The notes under the pieces were generated by a model. It saw nothing but the letters and a program-made list of their open reading frames with translations. It was not told where the DNA came from and ran no database searches. From Rhina ancylostomus (taxonomy: Eukaryota): a stretch of DNA of 64,000 nucleotides. Positions 14,215 through 27,339 of this stretch are shown here, one piece after another (within the stretch, counting starts at the first letter, position 1; the number at the start of each line of letters is the position of its first letter). The position numbers were made by a program, and so were the translations under genes. Location of the stretch: the NCBI GenBank assembly GCA_030265395.1, contig JARFYF010000017.1, positions 42,681,144 to 42,745,143 on the forward strand, written 5' to 3'.

Positions 14215-14660
14215 TGGAAAGTGTGGCCAGGTCATCCATGTGAAATATTGCTTTTGTTTTTCCCCTCTATTAGCCTCGCCTTTCCTGCTCAGTATTCCCT
14301 TCAGATGTGCATTTCATAACTTTTACACTCATTTATGTTTTCTTTCTCCAATTACCTTCACCTTCTTTGTTCATGTTTTTTTTGCTTTATCTGTTTTGAT
14401 TAAACCAACAACCAGATTACTTTATCAACAACTTTATCCCCCACAGCAATCATGACCTCGTCCTATCAATTATTCCCTTTGATTTATCAATCTCTATCCA
14501 CAATTTACAACTATTTCCCAGCTCTGACAAGGAGTCTTTGATCTGAGGCATTAACACCAGTTCTTTTTCCACAGGTGCTGCCTGACATGACATGTGTTTC
14601 TGGCAATTTTGTTTCTACTTGAAACTTCNNNNATATGCAGTTCTTTGATCTTCATTTCAA
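14215..14660 (+). mobile_element. Penelope-like 3' region
   Basis: Pyrimidine-rich tract ending in ctctgacaaggagtc...ccacaggtgctgcctgac, the shared Penelope terminus. Confidence 0.5.
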
Positions 14661-15374
14661 GTTATTTGTTTGAAGAGGTTTTCTTAAATAGAACTCTAAA
14701 TAGTTCGCTGGAATAACTGCACCAATTTGCCAGACAATGAATTTACTCCTATCCAAGGGATATGCTAAGAAAACAATATGCCAAAAGAGGAAAAACAACT
14801 AACCCAAATTAACTAGACCATGGCACAAGCAAAAAGCTATCCAAATGTTAATACTATATGGACCATGACAGAGGAAACAGAATATAATAAGAAAAACAAA
14901 CCAATGTTGAATAAAGCAACCTATATCGCACATCAAATTGTACTACTGTCATCTCAACAGAAACTCGATCAGCAATTATCAAGAAGTTTTTGCGGCTCAT
15001 GACTGAGAAAGAAAACGGAAAAACTCACTGCTCCTCAGATTACAGTGCTTGAACAGACACCTGTCAATACTCAAGCATCAACCTAGATGAGCTGAAGCTC
15101 TTTAATGGTTGCTTAACGCACTAAATGACTCAGGGTGACAACACAACAATGAGCCGATTTGATTCATTTCTGATGGGACGAGGAACAGCTGCCAAGGTCT
15201 TTTCTTCGGCATATTGTATGTAGATGCCACCAAGTTCTGAATTGAACTGTTGGGACACCCATGTATGCACGAAAACATCATACGATCTGACAGTGAGCAG
15301 ACACAAACCCCAATTCTTTGGGATTGTTAAACTGCTATCCCAGTGATACTAAGTTGCTAAGTTTATGTAATAAT

Positions 15375-17730
15375 TCAGGGTCAGGGCATATGGCCCCAGG
15401 AACCTGCTCCAAATTTAATTGAGATCATGGTTGATCCTGTGCCTCAAGTAAATTTGGATGCTAAATTATCATATTCTCTGATTCATTCACTATCAAAAAA
15501 TCTATTAATCTAAGTGTTGAATATACACAGCCAGTACTGTTGTACTGAGCAACCACAGCTCTGGAGGAAAATTCCAAAGATTTGCAAGCCGATGTGAAAG
15601 AAATTTCTTCTCATCTCAATCTTATATGGGTGACCCCTTATTGAGAACAATTCCCTTAGATTTTGAACATTTTGCCTAGGACAAAGAATCTCTCAGCATC
15701 TGTCCTGCTGATTATTTTCAGAATCTTGAATATATACTTACATTCCATTTCCTCCAAGCCAAACAAATCACTCCTCAGGTAGAGACAAATATCACACACA
15801 GACTCTAGGTGTTTTCTCAAAGGCAGACACAAATGCAACAACTTTCTTGTTCTTAAACTCTGACCCACTAAAGCAACAAAATGCTATAAATGCCTTTCTG
15901 ATCTCTTGCTGTAACTGCAGGTCAATATTCTAGGATTCACACACTAGTTTTCTCAAATCCCTACTCACACCAAAATTTACTAATCTTGTAAATTTACTAA
16001 TCATTTAAAATATTGTTTTATTATTCTTCATGCTAAAAATCAATAATGTAATTTCTGCACATTATATTCCATCTTCCTGCTGATTCAGTTTGTTATTTCC
16101 CTTCATGGAACATCTTCTACACAGCTCATGTTCTCAACCCAGCTTTGTAGTACTAGCAAATCTGAGCACACTTCACAATCCTATTATTTCATTATAAATA
16201 GCTCAGTACTGAAGATTGCAGCATGCCATTAGTAATAACCCAAAAAATTACATGTTTACTCCAAATGTTATCTACCCTATCCTCCACCATCTTTCACGTA
16301 GCCTTTCATCAAGTGTTTTTCTTCAAAATCCTTAAACATGCATCAAGTGGTTCTTCCTCATCCATCTTTTACTACATCCTTAAAAGATTTCCCATCAAGC
16401 ATGATTTCCATTTCAGCAACTAACATCAGGCTAACTGTTTATTTTCACTCATTTTTTCTCACATAGCAGTTAACTTAACAACTAATCAATTTGGACAGTT
16501 CCAGAATCTGGGGAATTTAGAAGATCACTAAAGTATCTAAGCACCTTCCCCCTAGCCTTCTGTTTTAGTATCCTTGAACACTGGCCAGATGGCCCCACTC
16601 AATTGTTCCGATGCCTTCCCTTGACTGGTACTGCTTTTCCTCACCCTGATTGTGCAGAGAAATAGTATTTTCAGCTATTTCTTTATTCCCCATTATAACT
16701 TCTCCTTGATGAGATCCATATTTACTTTTCCAGCACTTTTAGATACTTGTAAAAGCTCTCAATTTTTTAAAAACTTTACTTAATTTACTCTCCATCTTCT
16801 CCTTTTTGATCAATTGTTTTTTAGTCCCCTTACTAATTTCTAAATCTCACCCAATTCTTAACTCATTACTCTTCTTGGCAACACTATAAGCATTGATTTT
16901 AAACAAATGCCATCTTTAACTTCTTTGAGTTATCTAGCATGCATCAATCTACCTGTGCAGCTATTATTTCTAATAAATATTTGAAATACTTCAAGAATTT
17001 GAAATAATTCTTCAAATGTTTATTGCTATTTATCAACCGGCAAACCACCTGGTCTTATTTTCCAATCTAACTTTGCCGACTCGCCCAGCATTTAAGTGAT
17101 TAGGTTACTTAAGTGCTATACTCGTTTCCAACCTGTTTGTGCTTTGCTCAAACTCAATGTAAAATTTCATCATACCTTGGTCCTGTAAGAATCCTTGCTA
17201 TTAGATTAATTAATTGATCCTGGTTCTTTGAACAAGATTAGTTCACATAATTGCCACTTTATTCTTAATTTCACAGCCTATCACTCCAGGAAGCTTTTGT
17301 AAATGTACCTTAACTCACTGTCCAAACTATTTTTGTAAAGTTGCCATTCCTCATTAGTGCAAATACATCAATCTGTATTATCCTCTCCATTTATACTTAA
17401 TCTGCCTTTTCCAGAGTATTGCACCCTGGAATATTTAAACTTCCAATACTGGTCAACATGGAAACGCATCTTAGCAATGACAATTGGATCAATCCAATTT
17501 ATTTCTATTTGAGCTATTAGTTCAACTATCTTGTTGGAAACTCTTCATGCATTCATGATAAAGCATTTAATTTTATCCTTCTGCCATTTTTCCTTGATTT
17601 AACCTTGTGCAGTGATGCACCTTGACTATTAAACTCACTGCTCCTTCCTGTCACATTCAGCTCATCATTACACAAATTGCTATTTTGGTGTATGATCTTC
17701 ACTCTTCTCTTTTAAATGCTTAACTTGCCC
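15375..17730 (-). mobile_element. Long decayed CR1 LINE
   Basis: Continuous reverse-complement CR1-like sequence from the 3' tail (gagatcatggttgatc) through the RT and endonuclease regions; no open frame. Confidence 0.65.
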
Positions 17731-20700
17731 TGAAAAACTAATTTTAGAACATTATGAGAAAGAATATTTACTGAACAGGAGGAATGGATTATTGACCAAG
17801 ATTTCTCAATTACAGATCACCCAGCTGAATTTGGGGGCAGGCTTGCCTCCCAATATCCAGATGAGATTCAGAAGCTGACACTAAGGCAGAAAGCTATTAC
17901 TCAATCAAGAAAATATGATAGCCCTGCTTTATTTCAGTCAACTTCACTGGGTGCGTAGCAGCATAAATCCCAGGAGCATACACAACCTCTTGATCGATCA
18001 AGGACCAGTAATCCTTTCCTGAAGTATCACATTTAGAGCCAAGGTAAATGATTTAGATGTGGTTCAAAACATTGATTGCTGCATTGGCACATTCTGATGG
18101 GGTTTAGCTTTCACTAACTAGTATAGTTTTGTTTAAATGATAGAAATAAGGAAAAATTAATCTGAACAGTAGAAGAATGCTGAAAAGGAGAAGCACACAA
18201 TATTGACAATTATTTCCACAAATCTTGTTGGTTAATCAGCATAAGTCTGCGGGGAAGAAATACCAAAAACCAAAATACTGAAAATTTTCTGGTGTATTTT
18301 CATTTAATCTGAGGAGATACCTAGTAGTTCAAATACAAGCAGTGACCATATTCAATAAAGTGAATGAAAGTTGTTACAGGTATGTTATGACCATCTAGGA
18401 AAATTATAACAGCCAGGATATCAGTCCAAAATTAAGTTGAGAAACAGACAGATATTTTACGTCCCTGAAGAAAATTCATTAGCTTATATCTATGATTCTA
18501 ATTGATGCATACGATAAAATGTTACAGAAGGTTTCCTTCAAATTTTCTTACAATTGGTCAATCACCGAGTTAATTTATGAAGCAGCACCCCATTGCTTTT
18601 GCATATTAATTGGCTGTACAAAACAGATCAAAGCCCTGTTTTGCATTTTTCACCAATAACCTATGATTCTGGCAGTGGGATCACAGTAGGTTGAGGAAGA
18701 GGAAATCCCAAACCTGACCTATGCACCCAAATCTACATTTACCACCCATAACCTGTTAACCTGTCTGCCATTGCTCATTTATTTAGGTTCACACAAAAAA
18801 AATGAACACAAGTAAGATTCCAATAATAACCATGAAGCAAATGGGAATGAGAGATGACAAAGGAAATTTAACTAAGCAAATTAGATAGATAACCTTTTTT
18901 TTAATAAAGCGAAACCAAGTGAGATTTACAACATGAAAGGAGATTTCTATTATAGGATCTACTTAAAACTTCTAACATTAGGCAACAAGATTTAGATAAA
19001 CCAGATGGCAGATCCAAGAGGGATGCAAAAGGGTAACAGACATAAGAAGCGACTGAATATGCAGGCACAGAGAACAAATCAAAGACCAAAGAAGAAAAAG
19101 GTGGATTTTGTATTTATAATGCAGCAAAAATTAACAGAGCAGCAATTTAGGAGCTATACACCCTCTTTAGAAATGACAGACAAATTATCTTCCTTTATTG
19201 GATATCTATTAGAATGATTTTGACTGTTCTACTTAAGGAATGTCTGATCCACTTTACACTTGCTGTTCACCCTCATAAGAGGTACTTCACTAGCTCGATA
19301 CTATGAAAACAGACCAAATCTGTATTTACATAAAAGCCAGGATGTGCACACCAGTAATCTGAAATCAAAATTAATTCCAGAGTGCTTTAGGGTTACAGGA
19401 TGCAAAATTTCCATCAACCTTCATGTGAACATGTCAAGCACAAGTCAGCAACCACCATGAGGCAGCCTGCAAGTCAAAAGTATAATGCAAGTCACAACAA
19501 ACTGGGAAGAATAGTTGCAAATCAATGCAAGTGTACCTAATCAAGGAGTCATTGCCTGGAGCTGAGAGCCAGAGGGAAAATTGGATAATTGGAATATTTT
19601 ACTTTGAATTTAAAAAATTTTAGACTGTAATGCCAGAACTCTGATATCCTATTTTGTGACAACTACCCTTGTAGAATAGACCCTGCTCAGATCCTGTACT
19701 CATGATCAACTAAATAACCAAGTGCCAGGTTTCATTTACAGAAGGTTACTGCTCAGTTCACAGATATAGCAATCTGCAAAGAGCAAATGTGTTCACTCTG
19801 CTTAATGAAAGCAAGCAGTCAACATTATGTGGAACCAATTATACAAATGCATCTGCAACCTGAATCAGCAACCCTATAGTTCTACACTGTGCAGTTAAAG
19901 GAAGAGAATGGACAAATGTAGGTCAGAAACCATTAGAAAATTGTTTAAGGTTCTCCCCACTGCATTAGTGAGCCAAGTAACTGCACTGCAGGGCAAGCAA
20001 TTCTATGTTGGGATAACAAATTACCAGTTTTGCCAAATCACAAGTTTTGTTGAGATGAGAAACAAGCTTTCAGCTGTGCCTGTGGCCCAGTTTACCATTA
20101 TCACCCAGCTTACACATGCTGGGGAGTGACATCTTCAAAGACCACCTCCACCAACAATCTGTTAGTAACTAGTCGCTCCAATAGATTCTCTCAGACTCAA
20201 AGCCTTGTTAATCATAAGAGTCAAGAACCTCATCCAAGAATATTAAAACTGACCAAATCAGTCAAAACTCCTACAATGCAAGCTCTGGAATTGAANNNNN
20301 NNNNNNNNNNNNNNNNNNNNNNNNNNNNNNNNNNNNNNNNNNNNNNNNNNNNNNNNNNNNNNNNNNNNNNNNNNNNNNNNNNNNNNNNNNNNNNNCTCCT
20401 ACAATGCAATCTCAGGAATTGAACTTCAGATTCAATAACAAAACCAACTTGGCGAATGAACTTTAGGATGTGTAATGTGGGATTTAGAATTCAGAATCCA
20501 TATCTCAGGACACTATAACTACCAGAAAACAGAACAAGATGCCAGACACTGCAGTCACTAGCAAATTATATCTGAGATGAGATTCATGAGGAACTCAACT
20601 ACTTCTAACCTTTCCTCTTTGTATATAACATGTGGTCCTCAATCCCAGGGTCAACAGATCTCCATGGTTCAAATCTACAAAATAAAAAGGAGCCCAAGCA

Positions 20701-22341
20701 CTGAAGAGCCAGAACTTAGCAACATACAATGCTAGCGACCAAAAGCATTAGATCCCACCCCATATAAAAGTGCACAAGATGAACAGTGGCTTCTTTGACA
20801 ATTAATTATACCTTTATTTGCAACTCAGTAGAACACCTAAACCCTGCAGTTATACTATAAGTTTTATATTCAGAATTGGGATAGAATATACATAGAAGAA
20901 CCAAGCTACAACTACTGAAATGTGTTGGTATACAGCACATACAGGTAATTAGAGAAACCAATTAATGCAGATTTTGACTGAGTCCTGCTTGCAAACACAG
21001 ACCCCCACTTTTGAAATTTCCCTCTAATATCTCGACTAGAATGGAACAATTGCACAGATCTGCTAGCACAGTTCAGTCAGAATAATTTCATTATCTTGCA
21101 AGTGATATTTGACATTGTGATTGGATCTGGAGAAATGTTGGCATTTATCTGGGTCCAGTATTACTGAAGTATCAATTGATATGAAATTCCATCTAATCCC
21201 TTCCTTTTAAGCTCAGACAATGGAATTTTATTAGATCTTATTAAACATCTATTATTTCTTTCAGATAATGTACGTCTCAGTAGAACCTGTAACAAAATTA
21301 GATTGAAGTGTTAAAGACAACAAAGGTCTCAGATCTTCTGCAAGGTAATTCCAAATAAATTAATTGGTACTGATCCCAAATGCTAATGTTTCTCTAGCTG
21401 TAACTACAACATCATATGCTATTTAAAACGCATCATAATTCTCAATCTCCTGACAGGAGCTCTACCTGGATAGCAACCAACTGTCTTGGAAATCAAGTAA
21501 CCACTATGGATGCACAATTCAAATCTCCATGTTACTCTCACACTACCATACCTAAATATTTTTGGAAAATAAATGGGAGATACAGTATAACAAAGAGGAA
21601 TTATTTCTAGGAAAAGTTACAGAATCAGTTGAACTAAGCTGTTCCTGGATTCCCCAGAGAATACAAAAACAACTGCCATTTTGAATTTACATGAAGTGTC
21701 TCTCTGGAGAAATGTTAACATTCCCAGATAACGAACTGTGTCGTGGAACTCAATAAACTTTAGTGTCTCATAACCAAAATATCCAGGTGCAACTCCCTCA
21801 AAACAAATCACTCGCTTCCGCCAACAAGTTTACTCTAGGCTTTTATTTGCAGCAGACAGATTACGCTGAATGTATTTTTAATTTGACAAGCTGACCCACC
21901 CAGATCCCCAGTTACACGTGGCTAGTTAAAACTACAAACCTCAGAAAGTCAATGACGGTAAAAAGATAAATACGGGCAAATCATGTTATTTAATATAGCG
22001 GGCTGCAGTTGATAAGCTCCACAATGCACGGCAATGCAATTGCCACTCAAACTTTCTTGTGTCAACTGTCCAGTACGGAATGTTTCCTTGCTTCCTCTCT
22101 CTCTCTCTGACGCACCGATAGGAAGCGGCGAATAACCACCAACCTGAAACTTCACTCCCCACAAAGGAGCGGCGCCCGTCAGCCAGTCGGATCTTCCCGT
22201 CTGGCAGCCAGGCCACTCCCCCATTCTGCCTACACAGGAACAGGGACCAACAACAGCCAGTGAACGCCACCAGCGGCAACCCCCAGGTGCGGTGCTCCCG
22301 AGAATGCACAGTGCCCTCTCTTGCCCTCAGCCGCCACTCAC

Positions 22342-22758
22342 CTCCCGCACGTCCTGCAAGCACTCGAGCACGGCAAAATTGTTCTGCCAGGTGTGTTTGG
22401 GGCAGATGCGGACCACGTCTTCGCGACACGCCGGGTCCTCCGAGATCCGCCAGATGTTCTTCCGCGGGGGCTGAAACACAGGCCGGCCCTGAGGTTGGAA
22501 CGGGAGGCCCTGGGACTGCCCCGGGCCCTGCGGCGGCTGCTGCTGCTGTTGCTGCTGTTGCGGCTGAACCGGGCCCCGAACCACCCCGTCCATCTGCTTC
22601 GAGTCCGATAAACGATCCTGCCCTCCCTCAATGCAGACGCAAGAGCGGAGAAGGATAAGCGCCATCACCGCCGCCCGCATACAATGCAGGGCCCGCAGCC
22701 ATCGCCGGCCATCAGCAGCCGCCGCCAACACCAAGCTCCCACGTCCACACGCCGCCAT
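22342..22758 (-). CDS. GLG1: Golgi glycoprotein 1 (ESL-1/CFR/MG-160), first coding exon, 139 codons: signal peptide, Q/P-rich segment, start of the first Cys-rich repeat
   Basis: Translation MAACGR...QQQQQQQQPP...WRISEDPACREDVVRICPKHTWQNNFAVLECLQDVRE matches the vertebrate GLG1 N-terminus (MAACGR... CREDVTRVCPKHTWSNNLAVLECLQDVRE). ATG at 22758 in CAAGATGGCGGC; phase-0 donor GAG|GTGAGT at 22341. Confidence 0.95.
22537..22560 (-). repeat. CAG/CAA polyglutamine tract (Q8) in GLG1 exon 1
   Basis: CAA CAG CAG CAA CAG CAG CAG CAG read directly on the minus strand. Confidence 0.9.
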
Positions 22759-22762
22759 CTTG
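22751..22762 (-). promoter_or_regulatory. TISU element / YY1 site overlapping the GLG1 start codon
   Basis: CAAGATGGCGGC is an exact match to the TISU consensus SAASATGGCGGC and to the YY1 motif AAGATGGCGGC. Confidence 0.7.
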
Positions 22763-22787
22763 TTGTGGCCACCGCAGCCGCTCCGCG

Positions 22788-22795
22788 CCTTTATA
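22788..22795 (-). promoter_or_regulatory. TATA box (TATAAAGG) of GLG1
   Basis: Minus strand reads gcacgtTATAAAGGcgcgg; the first T is 37 nt upstream of the ATG. Confidence 0.6.
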
Positions 22796-23489
22796 ACGTG
22801 CGGCGCAGCGACGTAATCGCGTTGACATCGACCCCCCCCACGCGTCATTACGTTTCATTCTCTCCCCGCCCTCTACCTCTTCTGCGGTGGACGGGGCTGG
22901 CGACCCACACACTGGGGAGGGTCGACGGGGCTTGGCTGGTGACCTGGGCAAACAGCATTACCCTCGATTTACATCGCAGCTAGAAACTGCGCGGGCAGCT
23001 GTACACCTCGCACACCATTTCACAAAGGATACTTGAGAAATTGATGAAGGAGGGTAGTACATGGGAGCAAGCTGGAGAGAAACGTAAACACAGAATATAA
23101 GAGCATCTAATAGGTACAGAAAGGGCGAGTGAGTGTGGTTCATTGTACCAACAAGGGAGGATTTATAATGGGGGAGTGTGGAAATTGCAGAGGAAATAAG
23201 TGCATGCTGTGTGTCCGTCCTGAAGGAAAACGACGCCAGAATAAAACTACCAGAAATACTGGCGAACCAAGAGTCTGGTGCAAACGAGGAATTCAGATAA
23301 ATTAGGTATGAGTAAAACATTACTGCTGGGAAAGTTAATAAGCCTGAAAGCAGATAACCCCCGAGGATTTGATGAACCACATCCCTGAGTTTTGGAAAGG
23401 TTGGCTATGGAAATAGTGGATACTCTGGTTGTCGTTTTCCAAAATTATACAGATTCCGGAATGGTTCCTGCCGGGGTAATAGAGGATAA

Positions 23490-23526
23490 CCCCCCCCCCC
23501 CCCCACACACACACACACACACACAC
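23490..23526 (+). repeat. poly(C) followed by (CA)n microsatellite
   Basis: Directly visible. Confidence 0.9.
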
Positions 23527-23839
23527 CTTTTTTTAAGAGCGAAAAAGACAGAGCAACTGACTTGTTAGGTTGACATCAGTAGTAGGGAAAATGCTGGAAT
23601 CTACTAGAAAAACGTGATATCAAAACACTTTGAAAATAACAAAGTGGATTTATGAAAGGGAAATCATGTTTGATTAATCCATTGGAGACCTTTGAGTATA
23701 TTTCTAGTTCAGTAGGTGAGGGAGAACCGGTGGATGTGGGGCATTGGGATTTTCAGAAGGCTTTCGATAAGGTCCCTCACGGAACATTGATGAACAAGAT
23801 GAAAGCACGTGGAATTGGAGGTAATAAAGTCGCCTAGAT

Positions 23840-24080
23840 CTAGAATGCTGGAAGAACACGGCAGGTCAGGCAGCAGAGGTAAAAGGTGCAAGTCGACATT
23901 TCGGGTCAAGACTGTAGATCAGGACTGAGAAGGGAAAGCCTCCACTTCTGTGACTCTTCCTTTAGCAAGGAATTCCCCCCTGCCCCACTCCTCAGTTACA
24001 ACCCTTTCTCTCGCACTCCCCTTTCGCTTGGACTCCCCCTTATGACTTTTCGCCCTCTCTCGATCTTCTCATTGCAGGTC
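23840..24080. mobile_element. Penelope-like terminal fragment inserted in the CR1
   Basis: aatgctggaagaacacggcaggtcaggcagc...gtcgacatttcgggtcaagac, the reverse complement of the shared terminus. Confidence 0.55.
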
Positions 24081-24678
24081 TCCTTGGTAGCACAGGTTGA
24101 GAGTTGGGTAAAAGATGGGAAACAAACGGATCCTTCTCAGGATGGCAAACTGTGACTAGTGGGGCCCAACAGGGATTGGTGCTTGGGTCTCCACAATACG
24201 TAATCTGAATCAACAGTTTGGCTGGTGGGGGGCGGGGTGCAGATATATCATTTCCAAATTTGCTAATGACGCAAACGTAACTAGAATATGATGAGGTCAC
24301 AAAGAGAATACATGAAGAGACGGAAAGCAGAGTTGTGAAAGCAACAACATGGAGTATAATATGGAAAATTTTGAGATTATCCAGCAGGACTAAAAGACAG
24401 AAATGCTGAGTACAGTGGGATCCCACTTGGCACCACCTTGTAGTGTCCTGATTCAGTACTGGTGCCGTGGTCCTGGAGTGCAAACGCTCATCGGTAAACA
24501 ACCTGTTCTTTGAAAGGATCGGGCTGTGCATTTGTGCCAGGAATGTGGTGTGGACCCCTTCCCAGTGCTGGCACTGCCAAAGCAAATGAAAGGGCAGTCT
24601 CACCACTGCACAGTTCAGTATGGAGTGAACCGCAAAGGCTGCCTTTGAGGGCTAGTGTGGGACATGCTGGACTGAGTG

Positions 24679-24722
24679 GCGTAGCACTCAGCACTGTGGT
24701 GCGTAGCACTCAGCACTGTGGT
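24679..24722 (+). repeat. Perfect 22-bp tandem duplication
   Basis: gcgtagcactcagcactgtggt occurs twice in tandem. Confidence 0.9.
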
Positions 24723-27339
24723 GCGGGCCCAGAGCTGCACCATGGTCAGCCTGGTGAGTGTGGGGCTGCTGCTGAGGTCTGGCAGCATCAGACCCCATAG
24801 TGTCTCTCATCACCTCCTGTTGGATATGATGAAATCTGCTGTCTTCCCCTCCCTTTGTTCAGTTGCACGGCTCTACTCAGTGCAAGCTCAGAAGATTTTC
24901 ACCGTTGAAAGATTTTCAGGCTGAGGTGCACACCACTCACCCTAGCCCACCCAACACCAGTCCTTACACGTTCACTCCACAGCAACGAGATAATTTTGAG
25001 TATTCAGTTGCTGCAGGATAGTCAAGGGAGGGCTGCATCCTCAACCAGGTTCCTGGTACAGGAGCATGCAGCAGCAGAGAGAGCAGGAGTTCATGCCAGG
25101 CTTCCAGCACAGCAATTACATACCCCTCTATATGTAAAATTATATAACATCTTTCTATATATAGTGCTATAATGACCCCTTTTAGCAGTGATTCCACCAG
25201 CTGTCCTGATCCTAGGGACGCATCCAGAGCGCAAAACGAGTTACTGAAACCTAACATGGAAGTGGAGCAGGGAATTAGGCAAGTAAATAGTCCGTCGGCA
25301 TTTATTGCAAGATGGGTTACGTACAAAGGCAGAGATATATTACTGCAATTATATCGCACCTTGGTGGAACTGCATTTGAATTATTGAGTACAAGTTCGCT
25401 CTCCACATCTATAAATGGATATAGATGCCAAAAGGTGAAGCAAAGATTCACCAGACTGGTTGTAGGATGGCAGGTCAAATCACATGGGGAGAGACTGAAA
25501 AGGCTAGGTCCTTATAGTGTTTCAAAGAATGAGACATGACTTCACTGAAACATACACAGGGTCAAAATAAGGGATAGATCATTTTGGATGATTAAAAAAG
25601 GGGGAAATTTCTTCCTTCAGTGGGTGATGAGTCTTTGGAATTCTGTGTCCAACATCGTTATGGAGGCTCAGTCATTAAGTTCAGTCCAAAGGTCAATAAA
25701 TTTCTGGATATTGGTGGAATCACAGGATATAGGTTAGCGCAGGAAAATGGCACTGAGGCAGAAGATAAGCTGTGATCCTGATGAATGGCAGAGCAAGCTC
25801 AAAGGGCCAAATGACCTACTCCTGTTTCTAATTTTACTCTTACAATGTTCAGAAGACCGATCGCATAACAACTCCAGCTTGGCATCAACCCCTTTCCCCT
25901 CACCGTGGCAATTTTAAATTCTAGTCCACAGGGATGCCTGTGATGACATCTGGAAACCCCTCGCCCTGTGTTGTACATATAAATAGTTCACACGTGTAGT
26001 TCTATTTCATAAACATCTATCACCATTCAACAACCGATACAAATAAGTGAAAGTACAAAGAACAATCAAAAGACATCTGAGCTCTCTCATTTACATCTTA
26101 CCATTTTAGTAATGAACACTGTGTAAAGGTTAACCCTCTAATATGGACATGCAACATTAATGTCATTGAGACTATGTGTCCAGACAGATATTCTGTTACA
26201 TGTTTTTATTTACTAATCAATTCTCCACAATGTGGTTCTCAATTAGCCATTATGACAAGGCATTAACATTGAAGATTGGCCTAAAGCACACCATTTTATC
26301 AATTGTCTAACACATTCTCCCTATAGATTCTTTAAGTTGCACGAAACCCTGTGACTTATCCCACTGCTGTCATTTGATAGTTTTCCCCCTGCTAACTTCC
26401 TTAATTCATTTACAAGACATCGACAAATGTTTACTCCAACCCTTGGTGCCCTTGAGGTGGTGAAAAGCTCCCTTCTTGAATTATGAAGAAGGTATTGCCA
26501 CAACGTTGTTGTTACTTATTAATAAATCTCATGGGTGATATACAAGCCTTTCTATTCCAGTTACCTCCACATAATATCATGTCTCAATTCAGAGCAGACA
26601 ATGAGAGCAGTAGAAGTGTTAAGAGTTCACCCAAATCATAACATTGGACTGGAAACATTTTTCAATGCCTCTGCTCCATTGTAGGTAGCTATGCTGTTAC
26701 GGGTTCATTAAAGGCACTTATAAATGTGGATGTTGTTTTTACGCAGCTTTTTACACAGCTCCATCTTGGTGACTTAATTAAATTGCTCCACCATGTTACC
26801 CAGATATTGACAAATGACTCATTTCATTCCCAAATTCCTTTTCTAAGTCACTCAGATCAATTCATCGATGCCAATGGTTTTCAATCGCAGTATAACACTT
26901 TCTATATATCGATGTCAGATTGCCTTTTGCTGTCTGTTTGCCAAATAGCAATGCCCACCAAAACCAATCTACAAATCTTTAACTGCACTCTCTGTCTCAG
27001 CTGCTTTCCCTTTATTACTTCAGCAGATTGACATTTGGTTTCAATACCAAGGTCATTAACTGTAGATTAGAAACAACAGGAGTTCAAGTGATACTCCATT
27101 TGTCCTCCAGTCTGGCACTTTACCTTTAACAAATACTCATTGTTCCCTTTGTCCAACTCAAGAAGTTCCTCATTAGACAAAATGCTTGCCAGAAAGAAAA
27201 AAAGTAGCATGCTATCAAAGGCAAACCAAGTACAAAACTCTGTGTTAATAAATGGTACAGGACACACAGTCAGTGACATAAAAGTAAAATTGTTTACGAC
27301 TATATTGGACAATTATATTTGTATGCAAAAGCAAAATAC

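Larger units (their letters stand above)
22100..23000. promoter_or_regulatory. CpG island / GLG1 promoter
   Basis: Abrupt GC- and CpG-rich segment in an otherwise AT-rich, CpG-depleted window, covering GLG1 exon 1. Boundaries estimated by eye. Confidence 0.85.
23030..25840 (+). mobile_element. Decayed CR1 LINE directly upstream of the GLG1 promoter, interrupted by other inserts
   Basis: GFMKGKSCLIN...DFQKAFDKVPH (ORF 23652), YKGRDILLQLYRTLV (ORF 25172), tail aagggccaaatgacctactcctgtttcta. Confidence 0.85.

Noticed and set aside
1-22341. GLG1 exon 2 (short exon, PENEISSDCNH-like in human)
   Set aside because: No matching sequence found by eye; the CAT|GTAAGT candidate near 13255 does not encode it. 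It is probably beyond the window or inside a gap.
22759-22848. 30-codon N-terminal extension of GLG1 from the upstream ATG in the ORF track
   Set aside because: It lies upstream of and across the TATA box, and the conserved protein starts at MAACGR in a TISU context.
21949-22983. Many overlapping ORFs on both strands around the CpG island
   Set aside because: Expected from stop-codon scarcity in GC-rich DNA; only the GLG1 frame has recognisable homology.
24679-24725. 22-bp direct repeat as a CRISPR-like array
   Set aside because: Two adjacent copies, no spacers, eukaryotic context; a simple tandem duplication.
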